Below are positions 49,756 through 61,551 of a stretch of DNA of 64,000 nucleotides, in pieces. The notes under the pieces are model-generated. The model saw only the letters and a list, made by a program, of their open reading frames with translations. It did not search any database and was not told the origin of the DNA. The position numbers were made by a program, and so were the translations under genes. This DNA comes from Camelus ferus (Eukaryota): the NCBI RefSeq assembly GCF_009834535.1, contig NC_045697.1, positions 83,330,001 to 83,394,000 on the forward strand, in the 5' to 3' direction. The stretch's first letter is position 1; each line of letters begins with the position of its first letter.

Positions 49756-50326
49756 TGAAACAGAGCAGTACCCTATGGGATCTTCCCTGGTACAAATACT
49801 CCATGTCCTCCATTTCTTGTTAGTAGGACAGGCTTCATTCAGCTTTCTTGACCTTCTCTTAGTTTCGAAGGGCAGATTCAAAGAGTTGCTGCTAATCAGG
49901 GATGGGAGAGAGCACAGAGACAAGGGAGGAACAGTCAAGAAAGTGCAGCCTTGGGTGGGGGGATGGGTCCTGGTTCCTCCTCAAGGAATATACATCACAA
50001 TACCTTGATTTCTCCTGCAGGAACTAAGGCTCCCACCCTGGTGGAGGATGGCAACTTCAGGCTGAGCACAAGACTCCTGGAACACCATCCTGTTACCTCA
50101 TCACCAACTAATCAGAAGAAAGTCAAATATCCTGCAGCCTTCACCCCAAATTTTGCCTATAAAAACGTCTTCCTGAAAACCACCAGAGAGTCCAGGTTTT
50201 GTGAGCACAAGCCACTCATTCTCCTTGTTTGGCCCCACAATAAACCTTCTCCTGCTCCAAATTCTGACGTTGTGGTTTCAATTTGTTTGCCCTCACTGTG
50301 CAGCAGGTAGGCGAACTTTTGTTCAC
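49756..50326 (+). mobile_element. ERV1-type LTR, slightly truncated at the 3' end
   Basis: Starts tgaaacagagcagtaccctatggg; TATA-like cctataaaa ~50156; aataaa ~50239; abuts a different LTR. Confidence 0.82.
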
Positions 50327-50646
50327 ACTTCAAAACAGAAATAGTAGAGTAGAGAATAACCTTTGTTTTGTTGGAGGTTTACAGGGACACCATGACCTGG
50401 CCCACGGGGATGGCTGCAAGAACAAAGAATGCCTGTAGCAAGAAGATTGCAACAATCAACCATACCCCCTCCCTTGTTTTTTTGTATAAAAGGAGCCTGT
50501 ATTCTGACTAGAGCAGGATGGTTAGTCTGCCATCCTCTCGGTCTGCCAGCTTTCTGAATAAAGTCACTATTCCTTGCGCCAATACTTCATCTCCCAATTT
50601 ATTGGCCTGTCCTGCGGTGAGCAGAATGAGTTTGGACTCGGCAACA
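50327..50646 (+). mobile_element. 3' half of an ERV1-type LTR (same family as ~59820-60354)
   Basis: Shares ttgttttgttgga.gtttacagggacaccatga, tataaaa(a)ggagcctg and gaatgagtttgg..tcgg.aaca with the 60-kb copy. Confidence 0.85.
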
Positions 50647-51189
50647 ATAGGAATATGAGAGTGGTTCTCAGTCCTTCACTCCTTCTCTGTAGATCCTGTA
50701 TACCCCCACAATTCACTTTCACACCCTCCAAAATGAGGATTTCACACTTTCCCTTCTCATGACAACCTTCCTCTGCCCCCACCTCCTTCACCATCAACTG
50801 ATGGTCTTGTCTCACACTCTTCTGGGAAAATAGAAGCCATCATATGGGAACCCCTTCCTCCCAATTCATCCGGCTGCTCTCTGCCCCAGCCACACTCTCT
50901 TCCTCTCTCCTCTCAGCGGAGAAAATGACACTCCTCCTACCCAAGTCCAGCCTCTGCACTTGTGCTCTGAAGCACTCCTCCTGCTCCCTCACAAGCCTCA
51001 CTCTGAAATTACCTCTACTTTCTGCTCTGCTACTGATTTCCTCCTCTGGCTTCTTTCCCACAGCACACAGACCACACACATACTGGTTGTCCACCCTCAT
51101 TGTCCATCAGCCAAATGCTGGATGAGATTGACCTTGACCTTCAGCTTCAAGGTATAAGCAATTCAGGTAATGCAACTCCCCCTCACACA

Positions 51190-52215
51190 GGTATTGATTT
51201 GGGGAGTGGCAGGAATCCAGACCCCTGTCTGGATGAATCCATGAAACTTCTCTGGACATTACTGAGCCAGGAGGGAAGAGGGCAGGGCACAGCCATTCAA
51301 GGAATGACACAACAATTAACACCAAAATGGTGGAAGAGCCAACTCCCAGTGGGCCTTGAGGCCCAAGATGGCGGGAGATTTGACTTCCAGTAGATCTTGA
51401 GCTTTGTTATACACTCGTGATATATACCAACAGGCTCCATGACAGCTTCAAGGATAACCACAAAAGGTCAAAGAGTGGGTGGTGGCCCAGGTCCTGGGAA
51501 TCCCAGCCCCTTTCCCAGGGTAGTTGGAATGGTCTTCCCACTTGTTGGCATGTGAAGCAACTGAGTCCATAAAAACTGACAACACTGTGCCTCACAGCCC
51601 CCTCTGTAGCTCCCTCATCTTTGGAGACAGATAGCCCACACTCTGTCTATGGAATGTGTATCTCCTTTTACTTTAACCTGAGCACCTAACCCCCACACCT
51701 CATAGCCTTTCTCTTGTCTTCTGAAACAGCCTACCCTCTGTATAATATGTATATCTCTAAATAAATCTGTCTTTACTCAACTGTGGCTCGCCCCTGAATT
51801 CCTTCCTGCACGAAGCAAAGGACTCACACTTGGTGGGGCACATCTCAGGGATTCAAACAAGACCTGGGACATAGCCCTCCTCTCGCCCCACATTCATTTT
51901 TTTCCTGTATCATTATGACAGATTTATGTTGGCCCAATCAGAATGAGTGTCAGGACTTGTGTTTCCTCTCGCTCTGGTCTGTATGCTATAAAGATGTGAA
52001 AGCCAGAATTACTGATATTATTTTGCTATTATAATAAAAGCTGAAATTGAGTATAAAGAAAACTGTAGAGAACTGTAGAACTGAGAGCTGCAGAAAAATA
52101 CAGGTGCAATCTTTAATTCTGGACTTTTTCAGTTACATGAATCATTCCAATTTTTTTTAATTGCTTAAGCCAGTTTGAATTAGACTTTCTGCAACTTGCA
52201 ACCAAAAGCAAGATA
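51190..52215 (+). mobile_element. MLT1J/K-like MaLR LTR interrupted by an ERV1 LTR
   Basis: ggcccaatcagaatga and 3' end ctggactttttcagttacatga...gcttaagccagtttgaatt...acttgcaaccaaaag. Confidence 0.65.
51263..51912 (+). mobile_element. ERV1-type solo LTR (relative of 23142-23626)
   Basis: TG...CA; TSD ttac/ttat; start tgagccaggagggaagagggcagggcacagccatt matches the 23-kb copy; longer U5. Confidence 0.9.
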
Positions 52216-52408
52216 ACTGAAATATAAAGTATCTCTTCTCCAAATGCATCCTTCCTTGACCCCATGCCCCCCTATAGCTACTATAACATTTCTCTGTTCC
52301 ATGTCACAACAAAACTACTTAAAAGACTTATCTATATAGTTTCTCTGTTCCTTTATCATTTCCTGTTTGCTCCTCAAACTCATCTACTTGGGTTTCCCTT
52401 TAACATTC

Positions 52409-52957
52409 TGTTAGGCAGTTAGATAAGTTGGGACACCAGGCAGATAAGGTGGAGGAGAGGGAGGATGGTTTGGAAGATGGTGATATGCCCGCCTGCAGCA
52501 TAAAGGGGCTTTACTTCCTCTAAATGAGTGCCAGTAAGAAACTGGTTAAAACCCGAAGACCATGACCCTGTGGTAATGAAAAAGACCGAACCGGACAGGA
52601 CCGAGTGCTCATTGTAATTTAATTAGCATTGCAGTTTAGGCCCCGCTCAGGGGTTTTCCTGTGTGCATCATGGTTAAGGACATACGCAAGAGGGGCTGGG
52701 TATGACTAAGCACTCCGGGGCAAGAGCCGTCAATCAACCAAAAGACTACATCCAAGCGAGGGTATAAGAGAAGGGGCAAAGAAAGATACTGCTGTCCACC
52801 TTTGGATCAGCCCGCTTCCAGTCCTGAGGGCGTACTTTCACCTTGCTAATAAGATCTTTAAAATCTTTTGCTACACAGTGCTTCTGCCTCCCATCTGAAT
52901 TCTCTTTCAGGCAAGACAAGAACTGAGGTTGTTTTTCCCTCCCCTTTTGAGGTAATG
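52409..52957 (+). mobile_element. ERV1-type solo LTR with 4-bp TSD
   Basis: Starts tgttagg, ends ggtaatg; TSD attc at 52405-52408 and 52958-52961; TATA-like gtataag ~52762; many CpGs retained. Confidence 0.85.
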
Positions 52958-53419
52958 ATTCTAACTGAACTGTAGTTACCATCAGCACCAATTACTCCAT
53001 ATTAAATGCAAAGAGCAGTTCTTTTGATTCATTTTATTTGATTTCTCAACCTCATTCCACAATTCAACAAAATCGACAGTTCTATCACAAAGCTTTTTAG
53101 CTTTTTCCCTTGTCTTTGACAAAATTGTATTCTTCCTGATTTTCTCCAGGCTCATACTGCCAGAGTTCAGTTGCAAAAAGTAGAAATCACTTTAGCACAG
53201 AAAAGATAAAGGGATGTAATACAGAAAATCAGATGCTGTCCAAATGATAGAGAGGCTGGAGGAACAGGCACTCTCTAAGTCCTGAAATGACTCCCAGAAT
53301 AATACTTCAGAGTTACCACAGTCAGAACTTTGGATAACCGGAAAGTCATCCTGGAACTGCTTGTCTCTAGAATATATGCTTTAGTTGTAATCTATAAATA
53401 TCACCACCATCCTCTCACT

Positions 53420-54190
53420 TTCCTTAGCCAAAACCCCAGGAATCAACCTCAAGTTGTCTCTTTTCCCTCATTCTCTGTATCCAATCAATTGACAAATCAG
53501 TCAAGCCTAACTCCCAAATAAATCCTGAACCTATCATTTTCTGTTATCTCTGCCACCAACATCCTTGTACAAACCTCTAAATTCTTCACATAGACTATGG
53601 GCAGAGCCTCTTAATTGGTCATCCTGAATCAGCTATTTTGCCCATTCTCCACATAACATCCAGAATGATCATTTTATAATCAAAACTAAACCATACAATT
53701 TTCTTGGTCAAAATTCTAGTGCACCTGAAATAAAATCCCAATTTCTCACATTCTGTATCAACTAGTTTCTGCTTACCTACCTAACCTTCTCATATTTTCC
53801 CCCTTTGTCCATGGTCCTCCACACACACTAGCCTCTTTGTGCTCTTGGAATACACCAACTTGATCCCATATTAGGGCACTCGCTTTCCCTCAGCTTGGAG
53901 GATACTTCTCTCAGCTATTCACAGGACCAGCTCCTGATCATTCAGCTTTCTGCAACTTCACAGAACAGTCTTCCTTGATTTCCAAATCTAACGTGGCCTC
54001 TCCCACTCACTCTCTATCCCATAACCCTGTTTATTGTCTTCATAGCAACGTAACTACTTGAAATCCTCCAGCTTATTGTCTATTCATTCCAAGAAAGCAA
54101 TGATTGGTTTGGCATCCTCTCCACCAGTATGTCTAGTATCTAGTCTTGTGATATAGTCAGCACTCCATAAATGTCTGCTGTATGCCTGGT
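53420..54190 (+). mobile_element. L2 3' portion
   Basis: ccaatcaattgacaaatcagtc, tctctgccaccaacatcc, cctctttgtgctcttggaatacacc, and tail cactccataaatgtctgctgtatg. Confidence 0.75.
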
Positions 54191-55394
54191 TGGATTCTTG
54201 GCAAACAGCCACAAACTAATAAGTGCTTAGAATCCCAGATGTACATTTATCTGGGATAGTGCTATCTGGTAGGTAGCATAGTATAGTCACAAAACTTTTC
54301 ATTCTTCTGTAGGGATGGGATTCTGTTCTGGGAAAGGCATGGGGGAGAGCCAGAGCCCAGAAAAGGCAAATTAGGACAAGGGAAAAGTACTACTTAGCAC
54401 AAAGATCTGAGGAGAAGTGAAGCAATATCCTTTCACATCTGAGAAAAATATTAGCAAGCATTATACTGATCTCCAAATTTCACTGAAGATAGAAGGTTGT
54501 TTCACTTGTAAACCAACTCCATAATATAACAGAGGCCTACACAGAATAAACCAGAGTCTTTCTAGTATTAAGTTACTGAAAGGTAGCCTTTATCTATACT
54601 GCAAAAGAGTGAAAGATAGCCTAAGTGATTCCTGAAAGACAGAATGCAAATTTGAAAAGATACAGTGTTTAGAAGCATAGGAAACCAAATGACTTTGCAA
54701 AGAGTTCTAGATGTGGGATGTGTTAGAAAGAAGATGAGATCCTGTCAGATTTTAAGAATCACCAGCACATTTGATAAGGAAGACTCAAGTCTCTTGGAAG
54801 GACTAATGCTTAGTCTGGATTGACGATGTTTCAGAAAGTCTCCAAATTTAAGTGGACTAGCTGGCAAGAAGAAGAGTCCTTCCAGAAACAGCGCCATGTT
54901 TAGGAAACGTTCATCTCTCCTGATGAGAGGAGACCTGGGCCTCTCTGGAACAATCGACCAACAATCGGTCCTGGATTGATTTGCATCAGAGAAAGTCCTA
55001 ACTCAGAAGAGCAGGCAGACAATAAATAGAATGCTTTCATTCCTAGGGTCTAGTTTTAAACAAAATATTATTATTATTATTACTTAATATTTGTACGTGC
55101 TTTGTTATTTTCTACATAAATCTATGGTATTAACACACTTTTTTTTCAATCAGTAATATAACTTCTACCTAATTCCTTTTATTCATACCATAACATGTCT
55201 TTCATGATCCTTATGACTCTTGCAAATCTTGTATTTTTATTTACTGTTTTCAAAACTAAATAAAAAAATATAACTGAGACTTTTTTCCTCTCAGCAGTCA
55301 AGCTTCCCTACAAGGAGACTGATACTATTAAATGTTAATTACCTTTTGCTTTGCTTTTCTCTACCCTTACATATCTCTGTAGTTCCTTATTTTT

Positions 55395-55505
55395 CTTTTT
55401 TTAATTGAAATATATTTGACATGTCATATTGTGAATTTTTAAGGGGTACAACATGTTAATTTGATACACTTTTGTATCATAATGTAATTGCCATTGTAGT
55501 GATAA
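55395..55505 (-). mobile_element. L1MA-like 3' end fragment
   Basis: tttttaattgaaatatatttgacat...ttaaggggtacaacatgttaatttgatac. Confidence 0.55.
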
Positions 55506-56934
55506 TAAGCTCTATAGCTCTTTCTTTATCACATTTTATTTTGCTTTCAATTTTTTTCTGATTTAAAGTTGTTGTTTTTTTTTTTCTCCCAAGACTAAGT
55601 TCTGCTCTTCTTGGGCCCTAAATATCCTCCCATATTTTTGTGAACCTCTTCCTTTCAATTATCTCTTCCTTTTCTGGAATATCCCACCTCTAATTTACCC
55701 ATGTTTTCAAAAGGTCCAGAGGATACATAAGGGAATTTCCAGATAAACTGCTCTCTAAGGACAGCAAAGCATTGCTTGAATAATCACAAATACTGCAGAA
55801 TTTAGCTCAGGTTTCTATGGGTAACTGCTCTCATAATTGTCAAGATGTGAAGTGGCAACCTTCCACAAAGTACACAGCACCTCAAGTGAATGTAAAAACA
55901 CTTCTCATCATTGCCAATATTTTTCTAGAATGTAAGCAGCACGTTTTCTTAATACAACAACAATCTTAACATTTTTCCTTCTCACCAGTGAGCCAACAGC
56001 CTTAACAGCTTCACTTTTAGCTACCCCAGGCTTCAATGTTTTTCTATTGCCACAAAAAAGAAAAGTTGATTTTACCCACACTAACTATACTAGTTTATCA
56101 TTAACCCCCATAATATATGATTTTTGATCCCTTCACTGTAGTAAAAGTGTATACCTACACCAATGAATTAAAAATCAACACATGCGGAGACCTTTTCTTA
56201 GGCCTTAACTCAATTCAACTGGAGGCACTGATGTTACTCTATAAACTTTACTACATGAGTTTCATCATTCCACATTCCTAATTTCCCCTGTACCTCTTTG
56301 ACTCTAACTTAAAAGCTGAAAACCCCCCAAAAAGAATGTTCTCTGAGCATTCATGCTCAGAGCTCACACATCCCCAGGTTAGATGAGTCCCACAGTTCTA
56401 CTTAGATGCCTGAAATTCTTTCCAATCTCCAGATCCTTCGTTTCCATGCCTGCTGGCTGTCTTCCTCTTTCACCCCAAAACCAGATGCTCACTCCTCCTT
56501 AAGTATGTGATGCCCTTTAAAAGCAAAATCTTCACGGGAAGACAAGAGTTATCTCCAAGTATCTGGAGAACTGGTGTATAGAGGCAAACTAGACAGCATA
56601 TGAAGTATCACAGAAGGGCACCTGTACCAGTGAAGAGAGTCTTGGGGAGAGGTAGGTTTTCAGGCACTTTCTTTCTAAAATTTGGATGAGTCTAAACATG
56701 GAAGGTTTCATGAGAAATTTTAGAGTAATTTATATTAAATGTTTAATAAGGATAAACTTATTGCTGCCAGTAAACTCACAAAATTTATAACTTATTGCAC
56801 CAATAATTTGTTTCTAATAAACTTGCAATATTGTAGTGTCAATAAGAGTGATTAAATGGTCATGTCTTTAATTTATATGTCATCTATCAGATAAAATTAT
56901 GCTTCAGGTGAATTCATATTAGCAGCCTCTTCCT

Positions 56935-57150
56935 TTATCTTGAGGAGGCAATGATTTCTTAAACAGCACATGAAACAGCATTCATCATAAAAGAATGATA
57001 TATTGAACATCATTGAAGTTGAGGACTTCTTTTTAATAGAGAAGTTTTGTTCATCAAAAATACCATTAAGAGAATGAAAAGACAAGCCACACACTGAAAG
57101 AAGATATTTATAATACATAACTATGACAAGGGACACATGTCCTGATATAC
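56935..57150 (+). mobile_element. Old L1 ORF2 fragment
   Basis: ttttgttcatcaaaaataccattaagagaatgaaaagacaagccaca. Confidence 0.7.
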
Positions 57151-58024
57151 AGGTCAAAATGAAAAGGTAAGCTTTTCTGTTTCTAAGAAGGTACTTCTCA
57201 TCTAATCCATAAGGCATATTCTTTAGATCTAAACAGAGAATTCAGGTGGCATTATCTCAGCTGCACTAGAACAGAATAACCATGAAGATCACATTACCAG
57301 TAGGAACGAAAAGGCATTATCTGGCCTTTAGATATGAGTTCTAGTGAAATATTACCTTGTCACACTTGGTACATGTATTTACTATTTTAGATGAAAAAGA
57401 CACTTATCAAACAGAATAGCTCCTACATTTCTCCTGTTGCTGTAACATAGTAGAATTCCAGTGTACTTTATTCAAAACATTCACTATTAATTTTCTTGGT
57501 AACTGCAATTCAAACACAAGATGTTCAGATGGAATAGGGGTGAGAAGAATGATTAGTTTTGCCCGAATTGCTCTTTCTTTTGTCTCTTGGACTGTTACCT
57601 TTTATGATGGTTATTAACACTCTCTAACCCTGCCTTCTCAGTAAGTTTCTTTTTTAATAGTTTCATTTTTTAAACCTGTATAAGCTTTCATTTATACATT
57701 TTTAGTAATCATCTCCTGGCAGTATCAGACTGTTAGCTGAGCAGAAATCTACTGCTTGAATAGTTTCCCTAGCACCAAGGCTCCAAAATTGCTCTAACCA
57801 AAAACACTACTTTCTGGTACCACAAACTTCAAACATCAAAGTCCACTCATAATTACTACTTAAGATTCTATTCTGGGAAGCTTGTGATCTAATTCCTCTT
57901 TTAAAGACCAAAGCCCTCTAAACTCATAGAACAATAAATGATTTTCCCTATTTTTGCCAAGAACAAATAAATCAGTAAATTATGACTGTTTGCTACTGTC
58001 TGTAATAAATCCCAAGAAGTTAGC

Positions 58025-58120
58025 GACCATTATCTCCATTTGATGGATGAAGGCCCTAAGGCACAGTGTGGTTAAGCAATCTGCCCAGGTGGTAAGTGGT
58101 AGAGCCAGAATTTGAGCCTC
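58025..58120 (-). mobile_element. MIR SINE fragment
   Basis: attatctccatttgatggatgaaggccctaaggcacag...gtaagtggtagagccagaatttga. Confidence 0.7.
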
Positions 58121-58842
58121 CTCACCCCATTCTCTTCATTTTAATTTATTGTTCTGGTTTTAACTATGGAGCTTTTCAGGTATCACCTCTTTCTGCCTAA
58201 GGTTTGAACCAATAGAAAATAAGATAAAATAGTAAAGACAAGCAGGAAATTGATTACTGTGAAACCCTTTACTGCTGTGTCCCGTGATGATGTGAATTTG
58301 GATAGATTATGATTGTTGTCTGACTCTCTCCCTTGCTCAAAACTTACTTTCAAATGGAAATGGCCTAAAGTTTGCCCTCCTCCTCAGAATGCGGTTAGCT
58401 GGGTGCTATTATCACTAATTCAAAGATAAGGAGACTCTCAAGTAACTGGGCCAAGATCACATTCCATATAAGAAGTAAAACAGGATTTGAGGATTTGGAC
58501 ATAGACATGATCGAATTCAAAGCCCATGTTCCTTCCAACTTGTGTACTATTTCTTTTGGTTCTCTGTATATGATAGATTGCTGCTCTTGTAAAACAATTA
58601 TTAAGACTTTGGGAGGGAACATGCCATATATTTTATAATTTAATACTCAAATTATTAACAAATTCTAACTATACTTTTCTGTCATAATAAATTTTTACTT
58701 CTTTTCCACTCAAGTCAGCACACCCTGTTTAAAATCAAGTGGTCAATAAATAATTGGGAATTTCTCTGCAATAAATAAAATTTATCTTCCTCAAGTAATA
58801 TGTGTAGAATTCTATGGTTATATTTATCAAATATTTCTTCAT

Positions 58843-59100
58843 ACATAGAATACAAACTTGTGGTTGCCAAGGGGGCAGAAGGTGGGAAGGGACAGACTGG
58901 GATTTCAAAATGTAGATTAGATAAACAAGATTATACTGTATAGCACAGGGAAATATATACAAGATCTGTGGTAGCTCACAGAGAAAAAAAAATGTGACAA
59001 TCAATATATGTATGTTCATGTATAACTGAAAAATTGTGCTGCACACTGGAATTTGACACAACACTGTAAAATGACTATAACTCAATAAAAAAAAGTTAAA
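58843..59100 (+). mobile_element. 5'-truncated camelid L1 3' end (probably a young subfamily)
   Basis: catagaatacaaacttgtggttgccaagggg...actataactcaataaaaaaaagttaaa; approximate TSD aaa(t)atttc(t/c)tca. Confidence 0.9.
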
Positions 59101-59819
59101 AAAATTTCCTCAAAAGTACTTCTATCGAACACATTTCCTTTTAACTTTGAAAAAGTCTTAATCACCAGAAGTTGATTATACACCTTTAAGATTAAACAGC
59201 TATATCAAGCGAGCAGAAATTAAAGCAAAATGTGCCTAGATCTTCAGTCTAGAACTGAGGGAAGAAGCATTCAGATTCAACTTTGAATGAAAAGATTGAT
59301 ACACCTCCACAAAAGCCTCACATTTAATTTATTTCACTCTTGAAATAAACATTCTAATTTACTAATTTAGAGAGAATAACAAAGGAACTAACAAAATAAA
59401 ATTAACAAGATAACTTCATCAGGATATTTCCTGATAATATGTGTTCTCAGTCTGAAGAACTTAACTTGTAAGATACTGGCAATTGTATTTTAAATTATAT
59501 TTAAATAGTGACTTTTATAGTCACTATTCCTGATTTTTTTGTTTAATTGAAAGGAAGGATCATTAGTTTTTATTCTTGTTTATATAAACCTCATATTGAA
59601 TGTTACATAACATTACAAAATTATAAAACTATTGTCATCAAATAATCACACACATGCCAAAGTTCTAGCTTAATTCTAGAATAAAAAGAACATAGTATAA
59701 ACTTATTTTCTTCTCCTTGTATCATATTTCTTTCTCCCACCCCTCGCACTCCCCCTCAAAGCTGTCCCGCCACCTCTCACCTAAAGCATTTCTTTACATT
59801 TACATAGGTATACAGATAC

Positions 59820-60354
59820 CCGGTCCTGAAAAGTTGTCTCTGATTCCATATTAGATCTGTTCCTTTGCCTTTAACCCTGTGCTCTGTCTCCTAGGCTGTC
59901 TTAATGGTTCTGCACCTTTTGTAAAAGAATGTTGCCTATAGCCTGAAGTATATAGGATAGCCCATTCTCAAGGTGCTAATCTTTAAGGATGTTAACACTT
60001 TTCCACTTACATAAAGATAACAAGTTGCAGAATAGAAAATAATGTTTGTTTTGTTGGACGTTTACAGGGACACCATGAACTGACCCACCTGGACAGCAGC
60101 AAGAATAAAGAATTCCAAGAATGAAGAATTCCTTCACCAAGAAGTTTGCAATAATCAAGCATATCTCCTCCCCCTTTTAGTATAAAAGGAGCCTGAATTC
60201 TGACTTGGGGAAATGGTTCTCCAGGACATGAGTCTGCCATCTTCTCTGTCTGCCATCTCTCCAAATAAAGTCTTTATTCCTTGCCCCAATACCTCATCTC
60301 CAGATTTACTGGCCTGTCATACCAGTGAAGAGAATGAGTTTGGCCTTGGTAACA
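59820..60354 (+). mobile_element. ERV1-type solo LTR
   Basis: TATA tataaaa at 60181; aataaa ~60264; ends ggtaaca; homologous to 50327-50646; 5' limit approximate. Confidence 0.85.
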
Positions 60355-60655
60355 TTTCCAGCCAAGATTCAAAACTAAAGAGCAAGTCAAATTGGACTTA
60401 GTAGATTTTAAAAATTGAATTTTAGTAGTCGTCCAGGTTTTTTATTTTAATATAATCATTAAAAAGATAATTTCATCCCACTTCTCCTTAGAAACCATCC
60501 AAAAGAAAAAAGAAAAAAAAGAAACAGAAATGCACATTCCATCTGCAATGAAACTAGAAGATTTCTGCAAATCAGAACTATGCAATTTGATGAAAATGTT
60601 TTTAAATGCAGAAGTCAACTGGGATGTACAGGGTGACTCAAGGGAGAATGTTTCA

Positions 60656-61551
60656 TACAAATGGCCAATCGGGCACATGAAAAAATGCTCAATATTGCTA
60701 ATTATCAGAGAAATGCAAATCAAAACTACAATGAGGTATCACCTCACACCAGGCAGAATGGCCATCATTAAAAAGTCCACAAACAATAAATCCTAAAGAG
60801 GATGTGGAAAAAAGGGAACCCTCCTACACTGTTGGTGGGAATGTAAATTGGTGCAGCCACTATGGAGGACAGTATGAAGGTTCCTTAAAAAAACTAAAAA
60901 TAGACCTACCATATGATCCAGCAGCAATCCCACTCCTCAGCATATATGAAGAGGAAACTCTAACTTGAAAAGGTATATGCACCCCAATGTTCTTAACAGC
61001 ACTATTTACAATAGTCAAGACATAGAAACAACCTAAATGTCCATCGATGATTGGTAAAGTAGCTGTGGTGTATTTATACTACTCAGCCTGGAGATTGTCA
61101 TACTAAGTGAAGTAAGCCAGAAAGAGAAAGAAAAATATCATGTGATATCACTTATACGTGGAACCAAAAAAAAAAAAAAAATGACACAAATAAACTTAGT
61201 TATAAAAGAGAAAAAGACTCACAGGCATGGAAAACAAACTATAGTTACCAGAAAGGAAAGGAGGGTGTGGAGGGATAAATTGGGAGTTTGGGATTTTCAG
61301 ATACTAACTGCTGTATATAAAACAGATAAAACAATAAGGTCCTACTGTATAGCACAGGGAACTATATTCAGCATCTTGTAATAGCCTATAATGAAAAAGA
61401 ACATGAAAAATACATGTATTTATATATATATATAGATATATATATATATCTATATATATATATATATATATCTATGTATAATTGAATCACTATGCTGTAC
61501 ACCAGAAATTAACACAACATTGTAAACCAAGTATATTTCAATTAAAAAAAT
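60656..61551 (+). mobile_element. 5'-truncated camelid-type L1 with TSD, internal deletions and an expanded (TA)n tract
   Basis: [26 protein letters not shown] is the ORF2 cysteine-rich region; TSD gagaatgt(t/c)tca at 60644-60655 and 61555-61566; (TA)n at ~61421-61480. Confidence 0.93.

Noticed and set aside
47964..52991. Dense cluster of 60-120 aa ORFs suggesting an operon-like or viral locus
   Set aside because: They lie in LTR and L2 sequence, where higher GC lowers stop frequency; I saw no gag, pol or env motifs and no primer-binding site after any LTR
54825..54903. Peptide MFQKVSKFKWTSWQEEESFQK resembling a Gypsy/retroviral pol connection motif
   Set aside because: Too short, and no flanking RT or RNase H motifs were visible; a tBLASTn or Dfam search would be needed
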